NCBI GenBank assembly: GCA_976551045.1
Contig: CDPCPM010000010.1
Span: 8,742,001 to 8,806,000 of the forward strand
DNA length: 64,000 nucleotides
Direction: 5' to 3'
From: Glaucostegus cemiculus
Lineage: Eukaryota
Below the pieces are notes generated by a model. The model worked only from the letters and a program-made list of their open reading frames with translations, ran no database searches and was not told the DNA's origin. Both the position numbers and the translations under genes were made by a program. Positions 12,618 through 25,647 of the stretch are shown here, in pieces (position 1 is the stretch's first letter; the number at the start of each line of letters is the position of its first letter).

Positions 12618-15600
12618 TTCTTTCTTTTCTTTCTTTCTTTTTCAATCTTTTTTATTGATAACAAATCATTACAGGTTAAGATATATAACAACAATGTTTA
12701 CACATGTATTATAGAAATATCAAGTAAATCGTAGGTAATCATAAAAAAAAGCAATAAAGTATGATATATATAAAAGAAATAGTTCCAACAATCTCTCGGT
12801 TCATAAGTGTAATGTAAAAAATAGAAAAGAAAAAGATTTGTTATATAGTTAGAAAACCCCCCCAAAAAAAACCCAAATCAATTTAAAAAATCATAATAAT
12901 ATAGAGTAAATTAAACCGAAAACGAATTTAAAAAAAAGAAAAAAAAACAAAACAAGGAAAAAAAAACTGGGCTAAAATTTTCAATAGAAATAGAACAATA
13001 TAATGTTGTCAGCTCCGTTTCTCTAAATTTAAAAAAAAAGTTATAGAAGGGGAAACTACATCATATGAAATTATTGAATAAATGGACTCCAAATATCTTC
13101 AAATTTAAGCGAAGAATCAACAGTACCACTCCTAATTTTTTCCAAATTAAGACATGATATAGTTTGAGAGAACCATTGAAAAGTGGTAGGGGGTATTGGA
13201 TCCTTCCATTTAAGCAGAATGGCTCGTTTGGCCATCAGTGTAACAAAAGCAATCATACGATTAGCAGAAGCAGGTAAATGGCCAGACTTTATCCATGGTA
13301 CTCCAAAAATTGCAGTAATAGGGTGAGGTTGTAAATCGATCTTCAATACATCTGAAATAATATTAAAATTGTCTTTCCAATATTTTTCCAAATAAGGACA
13401 AGACCAGAACATATGCGACAAAGAAGCCACGTTCGATTTACATCTGTCACATATAGGGTTTATACGATCATAAAAACGAGCTAGCTTATCTTTGGACATA
13501 TGGGCCCTGTGCACAACTTTAAACTGTATCAATGAGTGTCTGGCACACATTGAGGATGTATTAACTAAATGAAGAATTTTCTTCCAAGTCTCTATAGATA
13601 TAGAAATCTGGAGTTCACTTTCCCAATCATTTTTAATTTTGTCCAGTGAGTCTGACTGTATTTTCATAATTAAATCATAAATTATTGCTGTCAAACCCTT
13701 CTGATGAGGATTAAAACCTAAAATTTTATCAATGATTTTGTCTTTATAAAGAAATGGAAAGGAGGGTGTAGTAGCTTTTAAAAAATTTATAATCTGCAAA
13801 TATCAAAAATAATGTGATCTAGGTAAATTATATTTATTAGACAGCTGTTCAAAAGATGCAAAACAGTTATCAATGAATAGATCATGAAAGCATACTATTC
13901 CCTTCCTTTTCCATAAGGAAAAAGCTGTATCTAGTCTAGATGGTTGAAAAAAAATTAGATTGTATAGGACTTGACAAAACAAATTTAGTCAATCCAAAGA
14001 ATTTACAAAATTGAAACCGTATTCGTAATGTATGTTTAATGATTGGGTTAGTCATATATTTACTTAATTTAGTAAGTGCAAAAGGGAGTGAAGCTCCTAA
14101 AATAGAGAATAACGAAAATTCAAGTGTTGATTGATACTCAAGATGTACCCATTTAGGGCATTGAATAACATTTAAGTCTTGTGTCCAAAAAATTAAATAT
14201 CTGATGTTGATTGCCCAATAATATAATCTAAAATTAAGCAAGGCCATACCACCATCCTTTTTCAATTTTTGTAAATATTTCTTACTTAGTCTTGGATTCT
14301 TGTTCTGCCAAATGTATGAAAGAATTTTAGAATCAACCTTGTCCAAAAAAGACTTTGGGATAAAAATTGGAATCGCTTGAAATAAATATAAAAATTTTGG
14401 TAAGATATTCATCTTAATTGCATTAATTCGGCCTATCAATGATAAAGACATTGGAGACCATTTAGTAAGCAATTGTTTAACTTGGTCAAATAAAGGTAAA
14501 AAATTAGCTTTAAATAAATCCTTATGTTTATTAGTAATTTTAACACTAAATACATAAAATAATCAGTTACCAATCTAAAGGGTAACTGGCTATAAATTGA
14601 GGTTTTCATATTCAGTGGAAAAAGTTCACTCTTATTAAGATTTAGTCTATAACCAGAAAAACCACTGAATTGATCTAATAATAATAGTACTGCAGGGATC
14701 AATTCGTCTGGATTAGAAATATAAAGTAATAAGTCATCTGCGTAAAGAGATATCTTATGAGTCTTCTGTCCACGAATAATACCGCGTATATTTAAAGAGT
14801 CTTGGATTGCAATAGCCAAAGTTCTAAGGCAATATCGAATAATAAGGGGCTTAATGGACAACCTTGCCTAGTACCACGAAAGAGCCTAAAAAAAGGAGAT
14901 CTTTGATTATTAGTGAATACTGAAGCCATTGGTGTATAATAAATCATTTTAATTGCAGATATAAATTTAGGGCTGAAATTAAATTTTTGAAGTGTTGTGA
15001 ATAAATAATCCCATTCAACTCTGTCAAATGCTTTTTCAGCATCTAGGGAAACAACACATTTTGGAATTTGAGATGAAGGAGTACATATAATGAATAGATG
15101 AAGGAGATCTGACAGATGGAGTTGCTTTGAGGAAGGAGAAGCAGTGTACAGGCAGTAATAGTAAAAAGGTGGATAAACTAAACAGGCAAGGCAAGGGAAA
15201 CCAACTTGGCTTAAAGGAGGAGGTATGCAGGATCAAGTCGACGTGTAGTGAAGATGGAGAGGAGTTGCATCGAGCAGGTGGTGAGGCTTTGGGGAGGGAG
15301 AGGCAGGATGAAGGCTATAAAAGGGTTAAAGTGGATGGACTAAAGTGTGTTTACTTTAATGCGAGAAGTGTTAGGAATAAGGGTGATGAATTGAGGGCTT
15401 GGATAAGTATGGGGGATTATGATATTGTAGCCCTAACTGAGACGTGGCTGTCGTCAGGGCAGGAGTGGGTATTGAACATTCCTGGTTTTCAGTGTTTTAA
15501 AAAGGATAGGGAGGGGGGGAGAAGAGGAGGAGGGGTGGCGATATTGGTCAGCGATGATGTTACGGCTGCGGAAAGGGCTGAGTTTGTGGAAGGATCCTCT

Positions 15601-18600
15601 TTCGAGTCGGTGTGGGTGGAAGTGAGGAATAGGAAAAGTGTGGTTACGCTGCTGGGAGTATACTATAGGCCCCCAGCTAGCAGTAGGGATATAGAGGAGC
15701 AGATTGGCAGGCAGTGCTTGGACAGAAGCAAAGATAATAGGGTTGTAATAATGGGTGATTTCAACTTCCCGAATATAGACTGGGACATGCTCAGTGCCAG
15801 AGGTTTGGATGGGAATGAGTTTGTTAAGTGTGTCCAGGATGGATTTCTGGAGCAGTATGTTGACAAACCGACTAGAGGGAATGCTGTGTTGGATCTGGTT
15901 TTAGGAAATGAACCGGGACAGGTGAGAGATCTACTAGTGGGTGAGCCTCTGGGAGGCAGTGATCATTCCTCGATAAGCCTTAGAATTGTCATGGACAGGC
16001 ATAGGTGCAGGGAGCGTAGGAAGATATTCAATTGGGGTAGGGCAGACTATGAGGCTATAAGGAAAGAGCTTGGGAGTGTAAATTGGGAAGTCCTTTTTGA
16101 GGGGATGTGTACTGTAGAGATGTGGACGTTGTTCAGGGATGTTTTACAGGATGTTGGGGACAAATATGTTCCGGCAAGACAGAGGAAGAATGGAATAGTG
16201 AAGGAACCGTGGGTGACAAGAGAGGTGGAAAGACTGGTTAGGAGGAAGAAGGAGGCTTACGTAAGGTGTAAGTGGCAAGGCTCTGATGTGGCCCGTGAGG
16301 AGTATAGTATAGTGAGAAGGGAACTTAAGAAAGAGCTGAGGAGAGCTAGAAGGGGACATGAAAAGATGTTGGCTCGTAGGGTTAAGGAAAATCCCAAGGC
16401 TTTTTTCTCTTATGTGAAGGGCAGAAGGATGACTAGGGTAAAGGTAGGTCCTATTAAGGACAAAGGTGGGAGGATGTGCCTGGAGGCGGCAGAGGTAGGG
16501 GAGGTACTAAATGAATACTTCTCCTCTGTATTCACCAAGGAGAGGGGCCTTGATGATGTGACGGTGAATGCTGACAAGGGTAATGTTCTTGAGTATGTAG
16601 CTACAGAGAGGGAGGAGGTGATGAAATTGTTAAGTAATATCAAGACTGATAAGTCTCCGGGGCCTGATGGAATATTCCCCAGGCTGCTTCGGGAGGCGAG
16701 GGAGGAGATTGTTGATCCGCTGGTGAGGATCTTTGAGTCCTCGTTGTCCACGAGGATGGTGCCGGAGGATTGGCGGGTAGCGGATGTTGTTCTCTTGTTT
16801 AAGAAGGGCAGTAGAGATAGTCCGGGAAATTACAGACCGGTGAGTCTCACGTCTGTGGTAGGTAAGCTGTTGGAAAGGATTTTGAGGGATAGGATCTATG
16901 AGCACTTGGAGAGTCATGGACTGATTAGGGACAGTCAGCATGGCTTTGTGAAGGGAAGATCTTGCCTCACGAGCCTGATAGAGTTCTTTGAGGAGGTGAC
17001 GAGGAAGCTTGATGAGGGCAGGGCGGTGGATGTAGTGTATATGGATTTTAGTAAGGCGTTCGATAAGGTTCCTCATGGCAGGCTTCTTCAGAAGATCAGA
17101 GGTCGAGGTATCAGGGGAGGTTGGCTGTGTGGATAAGAAATTGGCTTTCCTGTAGAAGGCAGAGGGTTATGGTGGGGGGAGTGCCCTCGGATTGGAGGGC
17201 TGTGACTAGTGGAGTCCCGCAGGGATCAGTTCTGGGGCCTCTACTCTTTGTTATATTCATAGATGATTTGGATGAAGGAGTGGAGGGATGGGTTGGTAAG
17301 TTTGCAGATGACACCAAGATCGGTGGTGTGGTAGATAGTGTGGAGGACTGTAGGAGCTTACAGGGGGATATTGATAGGATGCAGAACTGGGCTGACAGGT
17401 GGCAGATGGAGTTTAATCTGGAGAAGTGTGAGGTGGTGCACTTTGGGAGGACAAACTCCAGGACAGAGTACAAGGTAAATGGCAAGGTTCTTGGCAGTGT
17501 AGAGGAGCAGAGGGATCTGGGGGTTCATATCCACAGTTCACTCAAAGTTGCCTCGCAGGTGGATAGGGCTGTTAAGAAGGCTTATGGGATGTTGGCTTTT
17601 ATAAATAAAGGGATTGAGTTCAAGAGCAGAGAGGTGATGATGCTGCTTTACAAAACTCTAGTTAGGCCGCACTTGGAATATTGTGTTCAGTTCTGGTCGC
17701 CGCATTATAGGAAGGATGTGGAGGCGTTGGAGAGGGTACAGAGGCGATTTACCAGGATGATGCCTGGATTGGAGGGTATGGAATATAAAGAGAGGCTTAA
17801 GGTGCTAGGGAAGCACATGGAAGAATGTGGAATAGTAGGATATGAGGGTGGAAAGAGTTAGTTTGGGAGATGTTTGTAGGATGGCACAGCTTGATGGGCC
17901 GAAGGGCCTGTTCTGTGCTGTATTGTTCTATTGTTCTATTCTATTGTTCTATAATATTCATTAATTTCCTAATATTAAAATGTAAATAACGATTCTGGAT
18001 AAATCCTGTCTGATCTTCAGAAATGATTTGTGGGAGAACTTTTTCCAGCCGAAGGGCCAATAGTTTGGAAAATATTTTAAAATCTACATTTAATAAAGAG
18101 ATAGGCCTGTACGATGCACAATCAGTGGGATCTTTATCCTTTTTAAGAATTAAAGAAATAGTTGCTTCATAAAAAGATTGTGGTAACTTGCCCACTGATA
18201 AAGCAGCTTTAAAAAATTTGACTAACCAGGGAACAAGAATATCAGAAAAAGCTTTAAAAAATTCAACTGTATATCCATCAGGACCTGGTGCTTTACCCGA
18301 TTTCATTGAAAATATCACATTCCTTATTTCTTCTTCTAACATGGGAGCATCTAATATAGAACATTCATTTAAAGAAAGTTGAGGAATCTTCAAAACTCTT
18401 AAAAATTCATACATTAGTGTGGGATCATCAGACGATCCTGATTGATATAGAGAAGAATAAAATTCCTGAAAAGATTTATTAATTTGAACAGGATCTATCA
18501 TATAGGTACCGTCTGGTTTACGAATTTTATTAATTTGACGCTTAGATAGAGTGGCTTTCAATTGGTTGGCCAATAATTTACCAGACTTATCGCCATGTAT

Positions 18601-20120
18601 ATAAAATTGACTTTTATTTTTAAGCAGTAGATTTTCAACTGAAGATGTTAATAATAAATTATGTTGTAATTGAAGCTCTGTTCTCTTTTTAAAAAGCTCA
18701 GAGTTCGGGGTGTTGGAATATTTTGTATCAATTTCTTTAATCTCGTCAGTCAGAGGACGTATTTCATTACTCGTTCGTTTTTTCAATCAAGCGGAATATG
18801 AAATAATTTGACCACGGATATATGCTTTAAAAGTATCCCATATTGTCCCACTAGATAATTCTTCAGTAAAATTAGTTAAAAAGAAAAATGAAATTTGTTC
18901 TTTAATAAAATGGAGAAAATCTGAGTCTTGTAATAAAGAAGGGTTGAATCACCATTGTCTAACATCAGAGGATACAGCTGGTAATTTAATTGATAAAGTC
19001 AATGGTGCATAATCAGATATAGTAATTGCATCAAATTTACAATCCATAATAAGTGGAACTAAACTAGCGTCGATAAAAAAAAATCAATCCTCGAATAGTT
19101 ATGGTAGACATGAGAAAAGAATGAAAATTCTTTATCACATGGATGTAGAAACCTCCAAACATCCAAAATTCCGGATTCAACTAAAAAGGAATTAATAAAA
19201 ATAGCGGATTTGTTTGGAAGTGCAGGTTTTGACACAGATTTATCCATCGAAGGGTTTAAACAGCAATTAAAGTCTCCACCCATAATCACAGTGTATTCAT
19301 TTAAATTAGGAAAAAATGCAAACAAACGTTTAAAAAATTCTGGGTGATCTACATTGGGTGCATAAACATTTACCATAACAACTTTTTTGTTATGAAGCAA
19401 ACCAGCAATTAATAAAAATCTACCATTTGGATCTGATATTGTTTCATGATGAACAAATGAAATAGAAGAATCTATAAAAATAGAGACTCCTTTCACATTT
19501 GCTTGTGAGTTAGAGTGAAACTGCTGACCCCTCCAAAATCTAAAAAATCGTTGATTATCTTCCTTCCTAATGTGAGACTCCTGAAGAAAAATAATTTGAG
19601 CATTTAATCTCTGGAAAGCCTTAAAAATTTTCCATCTTTTAATTGGGTGATTCAACTCGTTAACGTTTCAAGAAATAAAATTAATAGTCTTATCCATTTT
19701 AACCAATTATAAAAAACATGGTATGCAAAGGGTTAAAAATATGTCCAGGTCTCGACAGCAGGAAGGAAAATGTTCAAATAGGAAACGGATATGATGACTG
19801 TTTAGAAAAAATTGTAGCTTAGCCCAGAAGAAAAAAAAATGAAAAAGACACCCCACCCCCCTGCCCCAACAGCCCAAAAACTGACCAATAGACAGCCAGT
19901 AAGCTACCCTCTAATGTAAACAACCCCATATCTCTTGGTGGCAGTAGTCCAACAGTATTGAAATGTAAAACAACTAGCTATTTTGACTACATGAAGCAAA
20001 GGAATGTAAAACGTTACTCTAAAATTGGAACAGATCCAAAGGGCGTTACCAGCCCCTAATTAAAAAATACAGTTTAATAATTGTTTAAAAAAAACCCAAA
20101 TAATCAATCATTTGTTAAAA
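12618..20120 (-). mobile_element. L1-clade LINE: disrupted ORF2 (APE endonuclease, RT, CCHC), ORF1 absent; 13-bp TSD
   Basis: ORF2 ATG at 19697. EN motifs LQESH, NVYAPN, GGDFN, SRIDF; RT motifs KAPGPDG, YRPISLLNVD, SLDAEKAFDRVEW, YADD; C-terminal CDRC..HMFWSC. AATAAA plus (GAAA)n tail at 12618-12656. TSD GAACGTA(T/A)GTTCT at 12605-12617 and 20121-20133. Confidence 0.95.
15092..17949 (+). mobile_element. Young CR1-clade LINE with near-complete ORF2 (EN+RT), inserted in the L1 RT
   Basis: ORFs 15127-17136 and 17121-17861 (NARS, LTETWL, MGDFNFP, SDH, QHGF, DFSKAFDKV, GVPQGSVLGP, FADD) are separated by one frameshift. (TATTGTTC)n tail; TSD TATAAT at 15086-15091 and 17950-17955. Confidence 0.97.
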
Positions 20121-22301
20121 GAACGTAAGTTCTGAAGAGGACATATAGAGGCTACAAGAGTACATAAGCAATTAAGTGAGTGGTGTATAATGTGGGAAAA
20201 TGTGAAAGTATTCACATTGGCAGCAGAATTATAAAAAAATATTATTTAAATAGCTGTAGAGATCTGGGATACAGAGGGATATGTGTACCTTGGTGCATCG
20301 TTTGCAAAAGGCTAGAATGCAGCTACAGCAAGTAAATATGACATTTTATGGAATTTTACTACTAGGGGATTAAATACAAAAATAGGAAGGTTACGTTTTA
20401 ATTAGAAAGGCACTTGTGAAGCCACATCTGGAGTACTGTGCAATGTTGGTCACTTTATTTAAGGAAAGAAATTGAAAGTAACAGTTTACTAGATGCACAT
20501 CTGGAATGCGTGAGCTGCCTTAGGAGAAGACATTGAACAGACTAGGTTTGTATCTGCTAGAGAATGAGACAAGACTTGATTGAAATAGATAAGGTCATTA
20601 GGGGTCTTGAACGGATGCATTAGGAGAGGATGGTGTGTCTCATGAACATCTGGTGGCCTGTTGTATGATGTACAAACTTATCCATCATGAGGACGGCTGT
20701 GAGCAACTGGAAAGAAGGAGGAGGAGGAAAAGAAGAAGAGGAAGAGAGGATGCAATCCAGACAGTTTATTTCTGGCTAGGCTGTCTTTACCAAATCATCT
20801 GATATTGCTACCAGTAAATGTAAACCTAAGTCCTGATTCAAGACATATGAATTAGGAGCAGGAGTAGGTTACTCAGCTCACCAGCCTGGTCCACCATTTA
20901 ATAACTTCATGGTTGATCTGAGTGTTAACTCTACATTTCCATCTACTGATGGTAAACTTTCACCTCATTACGTATCAGAATTCTGCAGTACCTCTGCAGT
21001 AAAAAATATCCAAAGATTCTGTTTCCACCACTCTTTACTGAAAAGTTCCAAAGGTTCCTGACCCTCTGAAAGAAGGAATATTACATCACCTTTGTCATAA
21101 GTAAGTGACATTATATTTGAATCAGTGATCCTTAGAACAGGATATGTCAATGAACTGGAAATGTCAATGGTCTGCAGAACTGGGGGTCAGCTTCTCACTT
21201 GTTCCAAAAATATATCTTACGTTTCCATAGGTTATGCATTGGAGTGAATACCTTGTTGCCCAGTAGCTGCTCTTGAGTTGGATGTAGCTGCTCACATGCA
21301 ATAGTGCAGCAGATTGTGTAGAATGATGGCATCTTGACTGCTGCTGGCAGAATATTGGACACTGATTTGCAGGATGCATCAGTTGGACATTGGGTAATCA
21401 GTACCCTTCTATGTTGCAGTATATCTCTCAGTTGGCGTGTGGTGGCTGCAAGGTGATATCAAAATGGCCATTGTTGGCCTGCACCATGGAGAAACAAATT
21501 ATTCTGCTTCACCCACAACTTGCTTGGAGCTCTGGCCGTCGGTGACCTTCCTGTAAAACTGCTAGATGCTATAAACTTCTACACGTCTATCCAAGGCACA
21601 TAAAAGTAGTCATCATATTCAATAGAGGGGTTCTATAAAAGCACAGAGGCTTCATATCCCTCCTTATGTTTTGGTGGAAGAAATACTTCTTCAAAATGAT
21701 AGCTGAATGAACGCTTCTGTTGGGAGCCCTTTGCCTCTTGTTTATAAGATAAAATTTCTTTATTAGTCACGTATACATCAAAACACACAGTGAAATGCAT
21801 CTTTGCATAGAGTTTTCTGGGGGCAGCCCGCAAGTGTCACCACGCTTCCAATGCCAACATTTGGATTCTAGCAACTTGACCTGTTCTGTGTGCTGTCGAC
21901 TCATTCTCTCAGTCATACTGCACTGTAAGGAAATGTCCCCGTGTCTGCCAGCTAATTCAAAGCACTTCAGCAGCTGCTGCAATCATTGCCTATGTAGAAA
22001 TACTTTAGCAACTGTAAAGATCTCCAGAAAGTACTTGCGAAATTGTATCAACAGCTAATGGAAAACAAATAGAACTGCAGATGCTGGAATCTGAAACAAG
22101 TAAAGAAATGCTGGGAGAACTCACCCAGTCAAACAGCATCGGTGGCATGAGAAACCAGTGAACATTTCGGGTCTGTGACTCATTCTCAGAGCTGGTGGGA
22201 GAGTGGAGAGGTTATGGTTTTCAAAGCAAAGCTGGGGTTGGAGTGAGATGTAAGGCAAAAACCTACAGGAAGGTGATAAGAAGCTTGAATATGGAACATT
22301 A

Positions 22302-23340
22302 CAGGGACACAAGAAATCCTGCAGATGCTGGAATCTGGAGCAATACACAAAAAGTGCTAGAGGAACCCAGCAGGTCAGGCAGCATCCATGGAGAGAAATA
22401 AATGTTTCGGGCCGAGACCCTTCATCAGAACTGGAAAGGAAGAGGGCAGAAACTAGAATAAAAAGGTCAGGGAAGGGGGAGGAGCACACGCAGGTAGGGG
22501 GTAGTTGAGTTCAGCTGATAGGCGAGTCCAGGTGAGGGGGGAAGGTAGCTGGCTGGGGGAGGGGAGAAGATGTAATAAGCTGAGAGGTGATAGATAGAAG
22601 AGGCCAAAGGCTGAAGAAGAAGGAGGAGTCCGTTAGGAGGGGGCTGTGGACCGTGGAATAAAGGATGGGGGAAAGGAGGAGAGGAGATGGGCAGTTCATC
22701 AAGATGGGGGAAGGGAGCCACAGGAATAAGGGAAAACAAAAGAGTGGGGAGAAAAGAAACAGAAGGGGTGGGGTTACCAGAAGTTAGAGAAATCAATGTT
22801 AAGGCCATCAGGTTGGAGACTCCCAAGGCAGAATGTGAGGCGTTGTTCCTCCAGGCTGTGCCTGTCCTCAACATGGCAGTACAGAAGGCCATGGATAGAC
22901 ATATCAGTGTGGGAGTGAGATATGGAATTGAAGTGGGCAGCCATCAGGGGGTCCTGGCCGTTGCGGCAGACGGAACAAAGGTGTTCGACAAACGTGGTCA
23001 CCCAATCTGCATTGGGTCTCACCGATGTACAGGGGGCCGCACCAGGAGCACTGGATGCAAGAAATGACACCCTCGGACTCGTAGGTGAAGCACTGCCTCA
23101 CCTGGAAGGATAGTTTGCGACCCTGAATGGTGGTGAGGGAGGAGGCGTAGGGACAGGTGTAGCACTTGGTGCGGTTGCAGGCATAAGTGCCGGGGGGGGG
23201 GGTCATCAGTGGGGAGAGACCAGTGGACAAAGGAGTCACGGAGAGAGGAGTCCCTTTGGAAAGTGGAGAGTGGGGATGAGGAGAAGATGTGCCTGGTGGT
23301 GGGATCCCATTGGAGGTGACGGAAGTTGCGAAGAATGATG
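22302..23340 (-). mobile_element. Younger Penelope-like element 3' part (GIY-YIG endonuclease plus terminal repeat), 16-bp TSD
   Basis: C..C.TC linker, VISCIQCSWCGPLYIGETQCRLGDH, AAHFNS..HSH, LGSLQPDGLNIDF. TGAATATGGAACATTA at 22286-22301 and 23341-23356. Confidence 0.88.
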
Positions 23341-24454
23341 TGAATATGGAACATTAGCAGAACATTTCAAAGAAACAGGGTGAGAAAGGGACAGAAGCAT
23401 GGCAATGGGAAACAATGAGAGCAGTTTACCTGATGTGGAACATTCAATGTTCATTCCAGAGGATTGAACAAGTATCTTGACAGAAGGTAAGATTTTGTTC
23501 TACTAGTTTATGTTGGACCTCACTATGACAGTGGAGATGGCTGCAGACAGACAGGTCGGAATGGGAGTAGGATTGAGAATTGACATGGCATGCAACAGGA
23601 AGCTCAGGATCACCCCTGCAGACTGAGTGCAGGTGCTCAGCAGAGCAATTGCCCAAATTGCGTTTGGTTTCTCCAGTGGGCCACATTGTGAATACCGAAT
23701 GCAGTAGACCAGTTTGGGGGAAGTGCAAGTGATTTGCTGTTTCACCTGGACTGATTATGTGGGTCCCTGGACAGTGGAAAGGGAGGAAGTGAATGGACAG
23801 GTGTTGCCTCTCCTCCCATCGCATGGGAAGGTGCCATAGGACAGGGTGTGGTGGGTGGGGATAGGAGTCACAGAGTGAGTGGTCACTGTGAAATGCAGAA
23901 AGGGGAAGATGTGGCTGGTGGTGGGATCACGCTGGGTCCGGCAGAAATTGCTGAGCATAATGTGTTGGGTGCAAAGGCTAGTAGGTGGAAGGTGAGTACC
24001 AGGGGAACTCTATCTTTGTTCTGTCTCAGCAGACTGAGGGTGAGAGCAGACAAGCGAGTTGATTGAGAGCTCCTTTTGAGTGCTTCTTCTGCATATTTGG
24101 GACCACTTCCTCGACTCTTTCTCTCGTGCATTGATGACTACATTGGTGTTACATCCTATACCCTTAATGAACTCGAAAATTTCATCACGTTTGCTGCCAT
24201 TTTCCACTCTACTCTCACATTTACGTGGTCCATCTCTGACACTTCCTTTCCCCTTTTGGAATTCTCTCAGGAGACAGGCCGACCACTAACATCTTTTAAA
24301 GGCCCACAGACTTCTGCTGCCTTGACTATACATCCTCTCACCCTGTCTCCTGTCAGAATTCTATTCCTTTTTCCCAGTTTTTTTGTCTCTGTTGCAGTTA
24401 TTCCAATAATGAGACCTTCCACTCTGGTGCCTCTTAAACTATTAAACTGTTAAA

Positions 24455-25647
24455 CTATTGTTTATTGACTACAGCTCTACCTTCAATACGATAATTCCAA
24501 GCAAGCTTGTCACCAAACTCCAAGACCTAGGACTCAGCTCGTCCCTCTGTAACTGGATTCTTGACTTTCCAAAAGACAGGAATCAGTGAGGATAGGCAGC
24601 AATACCTCTGGCACAATTATTCTCAACACTGGTGCCCCACAAGACTGTGTCCTCAGCCCTCTACTCTACTCCCTATACACTCACGACTGTGTAGCCAGAT
24701 TCTGCTCCAACTCCACCTACAAGTTTGCAGATGACACCACTGTTGTGGGCCTTATCTCCAACAGCGATGAGCCAGAGTACAGAAATGAGATAGAGAACTT
24801 AATGGAATGGTGTCATGACAACAATCTTTCCCTCAATGTCAACAAAACGAAAGAGTTGGTCATTGACTTCAGGAAAAGGGGCAGTGTACATGCACCTGTC
24901 TACATCAATGGTGCTAAGGTCGAGAGGGTTGAGAGCTTCAAGTTACTGGATGTGAGCATCACCAACAGCCTGTCCTGGTCTAATCACTTAGATGCCACAG
25001 TCAAGAAAGCCCAACTGCGCCTCTACTTTCTCAGGAGACTGAAGAAATTTGTTATGTCCCCTTCGACTCTCACCAGCTTTTACCGATGCACCATAGAAAG
25101 CATCCTATCTGGATGTATCACGGCTTGGTATGGCAACTGCTCTGTCCAGGACCACAAGAAGCTGCAGAGAGTTGTGGACACAGCCAGCGCATCATGGACA
25201 CCAGCCTCCCCTCCTTGGGTTCTGTCTTTAACTCTTGTTGTCTTGGTGTAGCGGCCAGCATAATCAAAGACCCCACACATCTGGGACATTCTCTCTTTTC
25301 TCCTCTTCCATCGGGTAGAAGATACAGGTGCCTGAGGACATGTACCACCAGACTTAAAGACAGCTTCTTCCCCACTGCGATAAGACTATTGAACGGTTCC
25401 CTTATACAATGGGATGGTCTGTGACCTCATGTTCTACCTTGTGTGACCTTGCACCTTATTGCACTGCACTTTCTCTGTAACTGTGACACTTTACTCTGTA
25501 CTGTTACTGTTTTTACTGTACTACATCAATGAAATTTGTACTAACTATGTAACTGCAGTGTGTAATGAATTGACCTGTACGATCGGTTTGTAAGACAAGC
25601 TTTTCGCTGTACCTTGGTACAAGTGACAATAATAAAAATACCAATAC
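24455..25647 (+). mobile_element. Rex1/Babar-like LINE (RT and 3' end)
   Basis: ORF 24586-25251 has GAPQDCVLSPLLYSLYTHDC, KFADDTT, LNVNKTKELVIDFR; then LPSGRRYR..TTRLKDSFFP; AATAAA near 25631. Confidence 0.9.

Larger units (their letters stand above)
11540..20640 (+). mobile_element. Old CR1-clade LINE split into 11540-12617 and 20121-20640 by an L1 insertion
   Basis: Decayed RT motifs (SQYGFVK.KSCL.KLL at ~12063; TKLGRNV at ~12591) continue after 20121 (SSEEDI.RLQ; HLEYC). Confidence 0.75.

Noticed and set aside
15127-17861. Longest ORFs (669 aa and 246 aa) as a host gene or novel RT system
   Set aside because: Ordinary CR1 ORF2 with a tail and TSD; frameshifted.
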